Positions 34,136 to 47,600 of a DNA stretch of 64,000 nucleotides are shown here, piece by piece. How positions within the stretch are numbered: the stretch's first letter is position 1; every line of letters starts with the position of its first letter. Origin of the DNA: Lingula anatina (Eukaryota > Animalia > Brachiopoda). The translations under genes and the position numbers were made by a program. The stretch is taken from contig CM120645.1 of NCBI GenBank assembly GCA_051362555.1, forward strand, positions 15,314,001 to 15,378,000. The letters are read 5' to 3'. The notes beneath the pieces were generated by a model. The model saw only the letters and a list, made by a program, of their open reading frames with translations, was not told where the DNA came from and searched no databases.

Positions 34136-35089
34136 ATGTACAGACACAGATGTGTCTGTACATATAACCGTCACCTGCATCTGGCATCGCCAGTGCATCT
34201 CACCGATAACATGTAAGTGGAAAACCATTTTACCTTTTTGCTGGAAACCTACAGAACTGATGAATATACATAAAATGCAGGTCACAAAAATCAAAAATCA
34301 TCATGAACAGGCCATTTTTGTAAAATTATGTTGTTTTTTCCGCCTTTTTTCAGCATATATGCAACACTGATAACACATTTCGAAGAAAACCGATAGGTCT
34401 CATGTCTTGAAACCTTCATGTTCAAATGGCTAGATTAAAAATTTCAATAGCAGCTTTATTGGAAAATTTTTTGTTATGTTTTCTTTTTTCAAACACTGAC
34501 TTTTAATTCCCATCCACTTGAGGTTCTATTCATTTAATGTATTTCCACATAAGCAGTTGTATTGGTTTTTATGTCTTTAAACATTATGTAATATTATTTT
34601 ATGCACTGTCATCATTTTTCAAATATTGGGATTTTCATTATGTGAATTTGAACTCTCCCATATGGTCCTGAAATTGTAATTTTATTGACCATGTTACCTG
34701 TTGTGCATGATTAAATTTTAGTGTTGATTGACTGTGCTGTTATAAGCATTATTTATTATTACCTCCGCCAAGGAGGTTATGTTTTCAACCCTGTTTGTCT
34801 GTCTGTCATTCTGTCTGTTTGTCATCAACACAACTCAAAAAGTTATGGGCCGATTTTGATGAAATTTTCAGGAACTGTCAGAAGTGGGCCAAGGAACAGA
34901 TAATTATTTTTTGGTGGTGATCTAGATCAATAATAAATCAATAATCAATAATAATCAAAAATTGCTGCCTTGGCAGAGGTCTGTGCTCTGGGAGTGCTTT
35001 TCTAGTTACATCAATATTGACAAAATGACCTTTTTTCTGCATCTTTATTTTCTTTTTGTCTGTACATTTGACAGCTTTGCTGCCTTGTT
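34136..35089 (+). mobile_element. Family-A HINE (~0.95 kb) with nested family-B HINE (34759-35007)
   Basis: 5' atgtacagacacagatgtgtctgtacat palindrome after a T-run, one core repeat, 3' subTIR plus hairpin. Nested element reads ttacctccgccaaggagg..gtctgtctgtc..ccttggcagaggt..tttctagtt. Confidence 0.75.
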
Positions 35090-35353
35090 AATACTGCTCA
35101 ACTGAGAATATAGGTAGCACTGGAAAAATATTACTTTTGTACATTTCCTATAATATATAATATGCTTAGAATTTATAGCTGAAACAGGAAAGTTCGGCCA
35201 GTATGTTATTGCTTTGAAAATTATTAAATCTACATGTGTCTATGATTATAAATAATAACAGTTTGTAGTGTTCACAAATATAATTCCCAGACATGTAAAT
35301 TAATTTGATTAGAGTCGATTGCTTGTGCACTCGACTCGTTTTATGGCCTTACC

Positions 35354-35700
35354 TGTAGTCATGTAACTTAAGTGGACGTGTGCAATTTGAATAATTAAAA
35401 TTAGTATGTACCGCCAAATACTGCAGCACAGAATCCACCTATAGATAAGAAATACGTATAAAAGATGTCTAGAAATAATATTGGGGGGGAGACTGAAGAA
35501 GACTCGAAGGTGACCGCTCGACGGAGCTATGGGAGACGGCTTAGAAGTTGGAGGCTTCACGTATAGAACATGTAGTTAGAGATCGTCAACGAATAAACCA
35601 TTAAACTGGTCATTATGTGGACTTGGGTTTTCTTTGCGCGACATTACGTAAATCTGACACGAACTGTGGAATTTCGAATTGCGTTATCCACTGAGTAAGT
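35354..35700 (+). promoter_or_regulatory. Candidate promoter/first exon or solo-LTR-like segment upstream of K3
   Basis: Locally CpG-richer; TATAAAAG at 35457, AATAAA at 35592, donor-like GA|GTAAGT at 35695, about 375 bp before the K3 acceptor. Confidence 0.3.
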
Positions 35701-36081
35701 TTAAAACGTAATGTCCTATTTCGAGCCCACGCTTGAATTAAGCGTTCTAAATTATATAAGTTTAGGACATTCATCTCATATGTATATGTAAAGGTACATA
35801 ACAAGGTACTGCATATATTTCACATACAAGAACACAGGCTTGTGCTTAATGCATTTCTATACCTTAGACATGTATACAATAGTTATACTATGATGCAAGC
35901 GTAGATCCAATTCTGTGGGAGGTTCAGTTATGTCTATATATTACAGTGAGCTTTGCATGCTACCTTCATCAAAACGATGGGTTTATTTTATTTTTTGTCT
36001 TTATTTGTGAGATTGCATCAATGTCACATTATTTGCTTGCAAAAAGTGACCACTGTAATGTTGTCTTTGCAGATCTCCAGG

Positions 36082-37932
36082 ATGGATATTTCCAAATTAC
36101 AGCACAAAGAAATAATGGAACCAAGCTTTGCCTATCAATTGACATACGGCATTTATTGTCTTAAGAAAAAAGACTTTCTCTGTGATGTAACCATAGATGT
36201 TGCAGGGCAGAAATTCCCATGCCACAAAGTTGTTCTAGCATCTATTTCAAGCTACTTTGAAAGAATGTTTGCAAGCTCTATGAAAGAGAGTGAATCTGCT
36301 GAAATTACTATGAAAGATATGGAGCCACTGGTGTTCGCAACCGTATTAGACTTCATCTATACAGGAAAGTGCAAGATTTCTACCGAAAATGCAAAAGATG
36401 TTATGAATGCAGCAAACATGCTTCAAATTTTTGCTTTGATCAAAATATGTGGCAAGTACATAGCAGAAAATCTGACTCCCCAAAATTGTTTGCCTATTTG
36501 GCACTTTGCAGATGCCATTAATTGCAAAGAACTCATCCTGAAAGCTAAGAAATTATCCTTAAAAAGTTTTTTGCATGTCCCATCTCACTTGGTGGAACCC
36601 CTTTCAAAAGATATTTTCATCAATTACATTTCCAATAATGGTTTGAATATTCAATCTGAAGACAGCGTGGCTCAAGTTGCTCTTCAATGGATAGAGGCAG
36701 AACCAGAGAGAAAGACTGATGCTGTTGAAGTTCTCTCTCATGTTCGGTTCTCTTTGCTAAGTTCCCGATATTTGATGACACTTATGGACCATGAAATCAT
36801 GAGAAATAATGGAGACATCACTAAGCTTCTCCGCCAAGCCCAACTTTTCCAGTTAGACCCTACCATGTACTTTGAGTTACCATATCCCCAAGCATCACCA
36901 CGATATTCCTTGAAAAGACGAGAGTATGTCCTACTTCTCGGTACAAAAAATGATGGCACCTCTTTTTCAAGACAGACTTTGCATTTGGACCAGCCAAAAT
37001 GGATATCTGAACAAAATGATATCAGGGGCATCAGTGATGCAGCCATTTGCAGCAGTGCTGTGAACTCTGAGGTTTTTGTATCTGGAGGACAGGAAAACCC
37101 AAAAAGATTGATCATGTACAAGGCTGAGATTGGACCTGGAAGCAGCAGCCAGCTTCAAACCATTCTGACTGAAAGGATACACCATACCATGGTAATACTA
37201 GGGGGATGTTTGTATGGAATTGGTGGTTTGGAACTACGTCAAGAACAGTCTTCCACAAATTCAACTCCCAGAACCCAGCAACTTAAAACAATAAAAGTTA
37301 TCTCAACATTAGTTGAAGTCTACAACATCCACCAGAACAAATGGAGACCAGCAGGTGATCTGCTTACTGGAGTTTGGCAGCATGCCTCTGTCTCTTTTCA
37401 AGATAAAGTCTACACCTTTGGAGGGGCAACATATCATTCTCTGAAAAATGCCACTAAGAAGGTTCAGATATACTCCCCGCAAACACGAGAATGTGTACTG
37501 GGCCCAGAAATACCTTCAGCGATTGTCATGTGCAGTGCCACAGTAAAGGAAGAGTCCATCTTTATTATTGGCGTGGAGGTAGGGATCAAGCTCCCGCCTA
37601 ATTCTGAAGAACAGGAAGAGCCGGACTCTGGTCCTGGTCATGAAGAAAAGGATGATGAGGAGGAGATCTTTGAAGGATACCCTGCATTCTATCAGTTCAA
37701 GCCCCTAGATGGAGTGTGGAGCAAACTCAACCCACCCATCAATATATCTAATTCAGCTCTGTGTACATTTCATGGAAAAATCTGGAATATTGTGGTTGGT
37801 TCTGAGATCAAAGTGTATTCCTACAATCTCCTGAGTGATGTGTGGGAGGGTAATTCTGATGACTCAGAAGATCCAGATGAATCAGAAGATCATGATGATT
37901 ATTCAGTAAAATGCATGCAGATAACTTACTAG
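36082..37932 (+). CDS. Kelch-like (BTB-BACK-Kelch) protein K3, 616 aa, single coding exon
   Basis: Same architecture. Acceptor tctttgcAG at 36072, ATG at 36082. Confidence 0.93.
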   Translation: MDISKLQHKEIMEPSFAYQLTYGIYCLKKKDFLCDVTIDVAGQKFPCHKVVLASISSYFERMFASSMKESESAEITMKDMEPLVFATVLDFIYTGKCKISTENAKDVMNAANMLQIFALIKICGKYIAENLTPQNCLPIWHFADAINCKELILKAKKLSLKSFLHVPSHLVEPLSKDIFINYISNNGLNIQSEDSVAQVALQWIEAEPERKTDAVEVLSHVRFSLLSSRYLMTLMDHEIMRNNGDITKLLRQAQLFQLDPTMYFELPYPQASPRYSLKRREYVLLLGTKNDGTSFSRQTLHLDQPKWISEQNDIRGISDAAICSSAVNSEVFVSGGQENPKRLIMYKAEIGPGSSSQLQTILTERIHHTMVILGGCLYGIGGLELRQEQSSTNSTPRTQQLKTIKVISTLVEVYNIHQNKWRPAGDLLTGVWQHASVSFQDKVYTFGGATYHSLKNATKKVQIYSPQTRECVLGPEIPSAIVMCSATVKEESIFIIGVEVGIKLPPNSEEQEEPDSGPGHEEKDDEEEIFEGYPAFYQFKPLDGVWSKLNPPINISNSALCTFHGKIWNIVVGSEIKVYSYNLLSDVWEGNSDDSEDPDESEDHDDYSVKCMQITY

Positions 37933-38131
37933 ACAGACATGCAAGCTTTGACACAAAGGGGACTAAAATGCACGACCGTGGAGTACAGATAACTGTACTT
38001 TAAAAAGGCTATAAAAAGGTTTTTCTTATGTAATTGTTTATTCTGGATTGGTTATTAATTTGAAAAAAAATTACACTGATTTCATTTTATAATTCAAACT
38101 GACAACTGCCTCTGTTGTACATGTTTATGCC

Positions 38132-38304
38132 GGGGCCATAGCGATAGTCCGAAGGTTCAATAGTCCGAAGGTTCATTGGTCCAAATGTTCACTATAGAAC
38201 CTTCGGACCAATGAACCCTTGATTAAAAAATCGATAAAAATGTTACCACTTTTCGGACCAATGAACCTTCGAACCAATGAACCTTCGGACTATCGAGACG
38301 CCCC
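38132..38304. mobile_element. Foldback/MULE-like MITE with ~15-bp subterminal repeats
   Basis: ggggc...gcccc ends, repeats atagtccgaaggttc / gaaccttcggacca, 8-9-bp duplication tttatgcc. Absent from K2 and K4 flanks. Confidence 0.85.
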
Positions 38305-39066
38305 CTTTATGCCCCTAGAGAGGTTTTTGAACAATCAACAGTCAAAGCAAAACTTGTTGGCTACTGACCCAATATTAAGTAATAGTGAAGTGGACCAGTG
38401 ATATTTATAAAACCTTCATGTGACCAATGTACAGCTATGGAGACCAAGAGAGACATCTTAATTAAGAGTTTTTCAATATAACTTGGACATCACCTTCAAA
38501 CCTGCAGCTTCCTGTGACTGAAGATTAGAGTGAGTCACCAAAGGTGGTTCCCCAAGTGGTGGGAAGCCCTGTGTTTTAGCAAGAATATGGGTGGTTTACA
38601 TCTTGAAGACATACTTAGTTATATCAGACTATACTACAATGTATCATATAACATTATATTACTATATTATACATTATAACATTCTATCCCTGTATATAAT
38701 TCACTTAAATTGATGTGAAGAAAAACTGGAATTCTATTCACATTGTTTGTTACCTGCTAATGAACAAATTTAATTTTGATAAAACAGCTATTAGTAAACA
38801 CCTAATTATTTCATGTTACACTACCTGCCATCATGCTGACCCCAAAAATTTAACTTGCTATTTGGTTAAACTTAAAAGAAGACTGGTAGCCTCGGCAGAT
38901 TTCATGAAAAAATGTGATTACATGTAAAAAAAAGTGATAGGTCAACTTGTTAATGTTTGAAATAATTCACCTGTGTGAAAATTACTCAGGGCTTATGAAG
39001 GATTTATATCCTGATGTTTTGAGGTTAAGTCCCTTTTCACATTATTATGTACACTTATCTGTATCA

Positions 39067-40495
39067 GTCTGCCTATAGAGAAGGCCACAGCACTGAGACA
39101 GCTCTACTTCGAGTCCATAACGAGATAATGCTTGCCCTGGATAAACAAAGAAATGTCATTTTAGTTCTTCTAGACCTTTCAGCGGCTTTCGATACCATAG
39201 ATCATAATATTCTTCTTCACAGGTTGCAGCATCGTTTTAGAGTGAATGGACTTGCACTTAGTTGGTTTACCTCTTACCTGAAAAACAGAACACAAAGGGT
39301 TTCAATAGAGTCGGTTTTATCTCAGCCAGTTAACTTGGAGTACGGTGTCCCACAAGGGTCTGTGTTAGGTCCGATCCTGTTCTCATTATACATGTTACCT
39401 GTAGAAGATATCATACTAAAGCATGGTCTGAACACTGTTATTTTTGCAGATGACACACAAGTATATATTACATGCAAGAGCAGCCAGTCTGCAACAATCA
39501 CTTCTATGGAGACTTGTCTTGCAGAGATTCGAGAATGGATAAAAGTGAACATGTTGGCTTTAAATGATAGTAAGACTGAGTTGATATGGTTTACATCAAG
39601 GTTCAAGGCAAATAGAAAAAATGTAGCAAATGCCAACATTTGCATAGGAGATGTTCTTATAAAACCATCTAGTTCTGTAAAAGATCTGGAGTTACCCTCG
39701 ATGAAAATGGCACTATGGGCAAGCGTGTATCTGAAGTGTGTAAATCAGCATCTTATGCACTATGGCGCATTGGAAAAATAATGAAAGTGTTAGATAACAA
39801 AACCACTGAAAAATTAGTACATGCATTTATATCATCAAGATTAGATTACTGCAATAGTCTCCTCTTTGGTATTTGTGACTATCAGATTAAAAAGTTACAA
39901 GTTATTCAAAACTCAGCTGCAAGACTGGTTTGTCAAATTAAGTACAATAGTACACACCATATCACTCCCATTCTGAAAGAATTACACTGGCTGCCTGTGA
40001 AGCAGAGGATTGATTTTAAAGTACTCTGTATTATTTTTAAGGCGATCCATTCACAAGGACCATTATATTTATCTGATCTTATCTGTTTTAACTTACCACG
40101 GTGGTCCACACGTTTTAATACTGAGAATGATTTTATTTTAGAACATTCTGTTTTAGAGAAGGGGTGCCTAAAAAGTTATGGAGATCGTGCTTTTATAATC
40201 TACGCCCCAAAAGTGTGGAATGGTCTACCAAATTTTATTAGGAAAACAGAAGACTTTGACAATTTTAAATCTCTTTTAAAGACCCACTTTTTTAATTCTG
40301 TCTATATCTCTTAGATTTTATTTTAATATATATATATGTTTTTTTTTAATAAGATTGATTTTTAGTAGTGTAAATTTTAAATGGTTTCCAATGAGAGTTT
40401 ATGATTAAAATATTGTAGTCATTTTAATGACTTTAGTATATTAGCCATTATTGTAAGGCGCCTTGAGATAGAATGTAAGGCGCCATATAAGAATC

Positions 40496-40523
<28 letters not shown>
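39067..40523 (+). mobile_element. 5'-truncated L2/CR1-group LINE (RT), one frameshift near 39690
   Basis: QSAYR..HSTETAL, LDLSAAFDTIDH, GVPQGSVLGP, FADD, SRLDYCN, LHWLP, LKTHFF. 3' end gtaaggcgccttgag..aaggcgccatataa followed by (TTA)n. Flanked by tatca; empty site at ~53182. Confidence 0.93.
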
Positions 40524-40526
<3 letters not shown>

Positions 40527-40529
40527 CAC

Positions 40530-43500
40530 GATGTTTTGACAGGTACTAACATGTAATTATACTACTTGGGGGAGGGGGCATGTTACATGTGCGAGTTCTG
40601 TTTAGATGACTTTCATATGTAAAAGTCGGTCCTCACCTTGCTTGGAGTTCAACTCTTTGTGAGCAGGTTTTTCTTTTGTAGCCATTTTGCACATGGTATG
40701 TACAGAATTCTCCTTGACTCCTGAAAACAAACTGCTGGTAACAAATATTCTGTTTTAAAAAGGTGTCTTTTTATATCCATATATGTTATGTGGTATAAAT
40801 GACCTCGAGGTGCAGGAGAGAAATTCTGATAAATCAGAAGATTATTATGAATCAGAATGGGATTCAGACAACTTATTAGAAAGATATGCATGCCATGACT
40901 CAAAGATATGGCACATAATAGTATTATAGATCGCATTCACAACGAGTTGAGCCAGGCTTTACAAATCCTGGGGACTAAATATGGCGGACAAACATGAAAG
41001 AAAAACCGCCTAATCTTTTAATAGTCTCTCCGCCTCTCATACTCCTCCCCATGAGTCGTCCCAATGGAGCCGAAATTTAATGACTGTAGCCCCGCAGTGA
41101 CGACTCATGGAGAGGTGTGTGAGAGGCAGAGAGACTATTAAAAGATTAGGTGGTTTTTCTTTCATATACGTCTGCCATATTTAGTCCCCAGGATTTGTAA
41201 AGCCTGGCTTGTTGTGAATGCGGTAATAGATGCTTGGTTTTTATATTATTTTATATTATTTTTATAATCAGAGCTATATTTATCATATTGTTTTTGTGCC
41301 TTTTTTCTTTCTGTGCTGTTTGGCATGGCATAGCACATGATACAATGGCTTTTATTTTATAAGCTTAATGAGAAATTATTTTTTGAAAACAACATCAACA
41401 AAAAAGATATTGCAGTTCAGAAACGCTTTGATTACAGTAAGGGGTTCTGAGATATTTCGAATAAAAATGACTAAATGGGATAGTCCTTTTGAGTTTGGAC
41501 TGAAATATAACCAATGGATTCACTGAAATTTTTGAAAAAAAGTTTTATATATATTGCTGTATTATCTCATTATATATTACATAATTATAAAGCACACACA
41601 AGTTCTGATGAAGTGTTTTCATAGAATTGTAATTGTGAACTTGGGTTTTATTTACTTTCACTGAAGTGAAGAAGAAATGAGATTCTAATGACCTGTTAAG
41701 GTTTTTGTAGAATTGTAATCATATACTTGGCTTTATTTACTTCAAATGATGTGAAGAAAAATGAATCTAATGATCTGTTTAGTTTTTCATCAGCTGATTA
41801 TGTCAACAAATTTAATTTGTCTAAAAATGGCTATTATTATCATCAAAATAGCTGATTATCTACTAGTAATATCTCATGTCATTAACATCTGACATGATGC
41901 CTCAAAATATTAACTTACAATTTAGCAAAACCAAAATAATACTGGTTACCCAGGCAGATTTTGTGAAAAAGGATTATGAGAGCATTCAGTCATGTAAACT
42001 ATATGCACAGCTTGTTTTAAAATAAATGTTCAAACTAATTTACCTGTCTGAAAATTGCTCAGGACTTATGAACAATTTCTCTCCTGATGTTTGATATGGC
42101 AAAAATCTCAGTTCTGAAATATCTCTCTCCTTACCTTGTCCAGACTTTATCTTTTTGTGTGCATTGTTTTGTATCCATATTAGACATGGTTTGTACAGAA
42201 TTCTCCTCAGCTCCTGAAATCTGAACACCAATATTGGTTACAAATATCCTGTCTTTTTCTATCAATATGTAAATTGGTATGCCTATGAATCAAGGGAGGA
42301 TTTCTTACAGACAGACTTATCTGATAATTGATCAGTACTATACAACTTATTTCAGTATTTTTTTTTCATTGTGGCAAGTGGCATCCAGTTGTGGATGAGT
42401 ATACCTTTGTAATGACCACTGTTTCATTTTTTACATCAGAATACAATGAACTAGAAAAATCTCTCACTTCAACTTGATTGTATGTTGAAAAGATCCAAAC
42501 AATGTGTACTTGTAGACCTTTGCTAAATAAACCTTTAACTGTCTCAATAGTTTAGTAGTATTTTCAAATTTTCATACCTTTCCTGAATATATATCTGACA
42601 CCCGTACCTTTTCAGAGGCAGGCATTGTTTAGGCATGGAGCGCAGTTCTGCAAATGCTTGAAACCTCCCCAAAACCTTCAGTCCTTTTTCACTAAATGTC
42701 CTCTTGTCTTTAACAGGGTTCACTCTTTACATACATTTTATGACCAACACCAGAAAGTAATAGATTTGTCTTTATTATAACATATCTGTAGGTAAATAAT
42801 TCTGGTGTATCAAATAAGAAATTACTGATACAGACAAATTGCCATTCCGTTTCTATAAAATAATAAAAACTAATTTGTTTGTGAAATGCATACAAATGTT
42901 TCTTTAATTGGACACTCACTGATACCATTGATAGCAATAATGAAATCACAGCTTACTAAGACCATGCTGTATCTCAGTATACAGTAAAATCATTTCAAGT
43001 ATGCACACATATACTGGGCATAATACTGTCCATGACGGGAGAGAAGTCATCAATATAGGTCTCAAACTCAAGGTGACATAGTTTGAACAGTTTCCATATC
43101 AAGTCTTCATTCATTACATAACAATGATTTAGTGTGATAAAGTATCACAGACTGTTTCTTTTTATTACTAGCTGTCAGTTAATAAATATCATCATCAGTC
43201 ATTTTATTTGCTGTTTCAAATCAGGAGATTTTATCTCAGGAATTTCTCCTCCACTCCTCGTAGTAAAAGTTTTTCACTGTCTAGTAGTGGTCCTTTCTTC
43301 TCCTAAAATAGCATATACATAAATTAGAATGTGTTTGGAGGCTCAATATAATTACATTGCATTCAGTACTTCATATCAATACAAAATGTTTCTCCCAATT
43401 GACTTGACAGACAACTAAATACTGGAGAACTCTAATTTTAATTTTTTCTTGAAGAGTTAAACTATTTCCATTCAAAAATATGAAAGTGTTATTTTTGTTA

Positions 43501-46500
43501 ATATCATTTAGACAGATGATATAAGTGCAGAAAAATCATATGGATTATCAGAAAAGCAAAATTCAGAGTTATTTACCTTCCACATAGACGTTTTCTCATA
43601 CTTGAATTCACCACAACCACTAGAATAAATATTGTGGCATTTTGTAATTCTTTCTTTTTAAAATTATTTTATTTTTATCATTTTCACAGGATTACAAGGA
43701 GTATACCCCCTCCCCCATCAGAGTACAAATTATCTTTATTACTGCACTATTTCCTCAATTATTCTGTTCATTAGTCAGAAATCATAAGCAAATATTAAAT
43801 TTTAAAAATTGGACTAGGTTATATGGAATTCATGAAAATGAGTGTTGGCTTGTCCAAAAACCATCTACATCAAGTCCAGTGTAACTAGAGTTTTCTATCC
43901 ATTCTTTAGTATAGCTATTTCATCTCTTATGACCTGTAAATTCCATTTTTACCTGCAGTTTTTGGTAGGAAGCATTCCAAATGCTATGGTTCTTTTACCA
44001 CAAGGTACACATTTGAAGAATTTTTTCATGGCTTCTTTTCGGACTAATGTGTGCCCTTCTTCCTTGCATCTGTCGGCCGCACTCTGTGCCATGTACTTAC
44101 ACTGCCAATACAAAAATTTATTTCAAAAAAAGATTCATTCTAAATCTAAGGTACGTGGTTTTAAAAAACTGTAGTTATGATATACAATCATATGTATATC
44201 TATGTGACAACCTGCATAGTAATTACAAGTTACTGTTATGACTGTTTCATTAAGTGCTACAAAAAAAATATATGAAAAAAAAATTACAATAAACATATTG
44301 GCATAAATCTTTATAAACTGTCCTAAATTAGGGCCTTGTTATCTTATAGCATTTTCAAGGTAAAATTTAAGGTAAAAAATGCACACACAAACTCTATTTC
44401 ACAGTCCAGCTGCTCACCTGTTTACACACTACCACTGAACACTTCACCTCCAATGTGTTGCTCATTTTATCTTCATACTTTTCACGTTTTTCAAGCTCAC
44501 CAAAATATTTTTCCTGTTGCTCCATCTCAATCTAAAATTATCAGACAAGCAGGAAATTGCAAGTTTTGGTAAAAATACCTAATTTCATAAAATAAAAGTA
44601 TAATACACTGCATCATAACTGGAGAAAAACAAAAACACTATCCTATTTCAAAAATAAATAAATAATAAAACATGCTGAATAAAATTGCAAGACAAGAAAA
44701 ATATCAAACAAAAACATGTGAAAGTACATTTTATGTTACCTCAGACACAGCGCCAGAGTGTGAAGATTTCGCATTCAATAATCGTTTAAATTCCTCAGAA
44801 TTAGGATCAAGGTCACCTAATAACCTTGACCTTTTTTTAGGTGGTTCTGTAGAATTCCCGTTTTGTCCAGAACCAGTTTCTGTAATGGAAAAGAGACAGA
44901 GTACAAATTTACATATCACTGCAATAGTTTTGGTGAATATCTGTATCTTTGGAATGAGACAACAAAGGTGTCAGGAACATTTGCATAGAAAACAAGAAAA
45001 ATATTTTGATCACTTCAGTTTCCATTGTTAAAGGCTTTAACTGAGAGAAGAGAATTACTTACTCTTAATATCAAAATACTCATGTTTTTACTTCAGTACA
45101 CTGCAAACCATGGTGTCGTTGTATGGTCATATCTTGTAATAAATACTTTTGAACAAATTATCTTATATCATATTCAGTTTGAAATGAATAAGAAAATTAA
45201 TATACCTTTAGTTGCTTCTTCCATGGCAAACCTTTTTCTTTTAGCTTCCAAAGTTTCCGGAGATTTTTTCTTCTTAATGGCATTAGGATCTTGTCTCTCC
45301 AGTCCACCCTTTGCCTGCACCTTGGCTACAGCTTTTTTCTATAGTTGAAAAATTACTGAATAATTCACAGCTCTAGGTACGCTTTTGGTAATTTCCTGCT
45401 TGCAAATATGTAAAAATTACTCAGAGAGAGCAGACCTTTACCAAGACAATTCAATTCTTATTCTAGTCAAATAATTAACTAGTAAGAACTAACCATTAAT
45501 CAATTAATGGATCATCAACAAAAAATCACTTTTAAGTTAGTCCACTTGTAAACCATCTTAAAAATATCATAAGCTTGTCACAAATGAACAAACAAACAGA
45601 TGCAAAAATATAACATATTGGTGGAGGTAAAAATCACATACATTAAAGGTACATACGAACCGAGCATCGGTGAAGCGTGGATTCCCAGTAACACATGTAA
45701 ACCACTTCTACTAGATTCTTATATGACTCAAATAAATTCGACATGTCAAGGGATAAACTGAATAGATCACTCGATCACCCATAAAAGACCTTTTGACTGC
45801 TCCTTTCCTTAAATTTATGGTTGTAAATTTAACCTACTTTCGTGACCTACTTTTCTGCCCCATTGACCAATACAGCTTAGAATGCCAGCAGAAAAATCCG
45901 TTCAAACATCATTTTCGGGTAGAATTAAACAATGCCTTTTGGTAATTCTCTTAGTTATACTACTTGAAACCATATGCTGGCATTTGGTTGGTTTTTGTGA
46001 CAAAAAATTGACTTTGTATGCATCTTTAATTCATACTCGATTCTTAATAATTAAAATTTGAGCTGAAAATTTGCATATCTATGCCAACTAAGAGTGATAA
46101 GTTTTGTATTGTAATTTTTATGATAATACGTCTTCAATATGCCAAATAATCATCACATAAGACATTTACCTTTGCAGCTGCCACACTATCATTTCTCCTT
46201 GCAGAAAGGGGTCTCTGCAAGGGGGAATCCTCGAGAAAAATTTCCCCCTTGTCGCCCCCCAATCCTTTCCCTAGTTGAGGAACGCAGTCAAGGGGGTTCA
46301 CATGCTGTTGAGGTACACCAGTGGTACCAGAGAGGGTTTTCTGTCTCTTCATCCTTTCTGCGTGCTCTCTCTGGGTTTGTTGTAACAGTTGCTTTGGAGT
46401 GATGGAAATGATTGGTTTGTTCTGTTTTTCAGCTGGAGAGAAGGAGAAAACAATGACCTCTGTATTACCTCAATGGCAAATCTTGTTACTAAAACGGCTG

Positions 46501-47600
46501 TTAATTTCAGCTAAACAAGAATTCCTTTGTAATTTTTAAAATCATGATGTGCTGTTCAGGAATAAAAGTCATTCATTAAAATTCAATAATATAGCTACCC
46601 AGCTGGTTCAGAGGGGTTCATCAATTTTCAGGAACAGGAAGCTTGTTGATCAGCTAAAATAGAAATTATGAAGGCACAAACCTTTGGCCCTTGCTTCAAT
46701 TCCATCCTTTTTCTCCAAATGTTTCACAAAATTCAAAGCACCAGCAGAAGGTGTGGAAATCAGATCATGACTAAATATAAATAAATAATGATAATTATAA
46801 ATTTTAAAAATTAAAAATCTAAACAATCAAACTATCAATCAATAAGTGAATCAAGTGTTTTAGAAAATATAAAATCCAGAGATAATTCAATGAAAAAATA
46901 TAATTTTACATTGATACGATTTCAATCAATCAAACAAAATCTTGTTGACACATAAATATCACCAATAAGTATCAGTGCTGTGGATAATGAACTTACAGTG
47001 CCTTTTGCTTGTCTGACAGAGCTTTCAATTTGGCTTCATCTTGTGGCTGAATGGGGTGAAGAAAGCTCATTGTTGTTGCCTTTCCTTCCTTCATATTGTG
47101 TTGTTTGAGAGTCTGGATGGACACTTTGTCTTTCTTCTTCTGGGTCTTTACACTGAGAAGAGAAAATACATTGAAAGTGAAAGAGATGAATAAAAAAAAA
47201 GTTTAAAAACAAAGAAATTATATTTGGCAAGTTATATGGTGAATGACAAAGGGTTAAACCATTTTTACCTTTTTATGCATATTACCGATTAATATAAAGT
47301 TTACTTGCAATAGGATGAATTATGCATCCAAATACCACAAAATCCCAAATACATTTGAAACACGAGTTCCACCAGTTGGAGCATTACACACCAGAAGGAT
47401 AAGCTCCTAGTGCAGGTAGCCATGATAAAAAGTGTACAGTTACACACAATGGCTGATAATTACGATACATACATGTAAGCCCATATGTGAAAAAAAATCA
47501 GACTTATTTTTTCGGGCGTATTATTCTACAAATGGATATATCAAAACTGCAGAAAATAAAAATTTAAGCCCAGGAAAAATGTTTAATTCTGTTGCTTTAG
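40530..47600 (+). repeat. Segmental duplication paired with ~53187-63835 (core offset exactly 12,400 bp)
   Basis: ORF track and sequence repeat at +12,400 (e.g. 43842/56242, 46134/58534). Confidence 0.97.
40926..41227. mobile_element. ~300-bp palindromic MITE
   Basis: atagatcgcattcacaac...gttgtgaatgcggtaat with ~130-bp arms. Absent from the paralogous site at ~53681. Confidence 0.85.

Noticed and set aside
43842-46539. Plus-strand ORFs repeated identically at +12,400
   Set aside because: Antisense shadows of MCM10 exons and introns; their conservation reflects the duplication.
46654-46681. Apparent 28-nt GT-AG micro-intron in MCM10
   Set aside because: Very short. The acceptor at 46433 has a strong pyrimidine tract and restores frame and MCM10 similarity.
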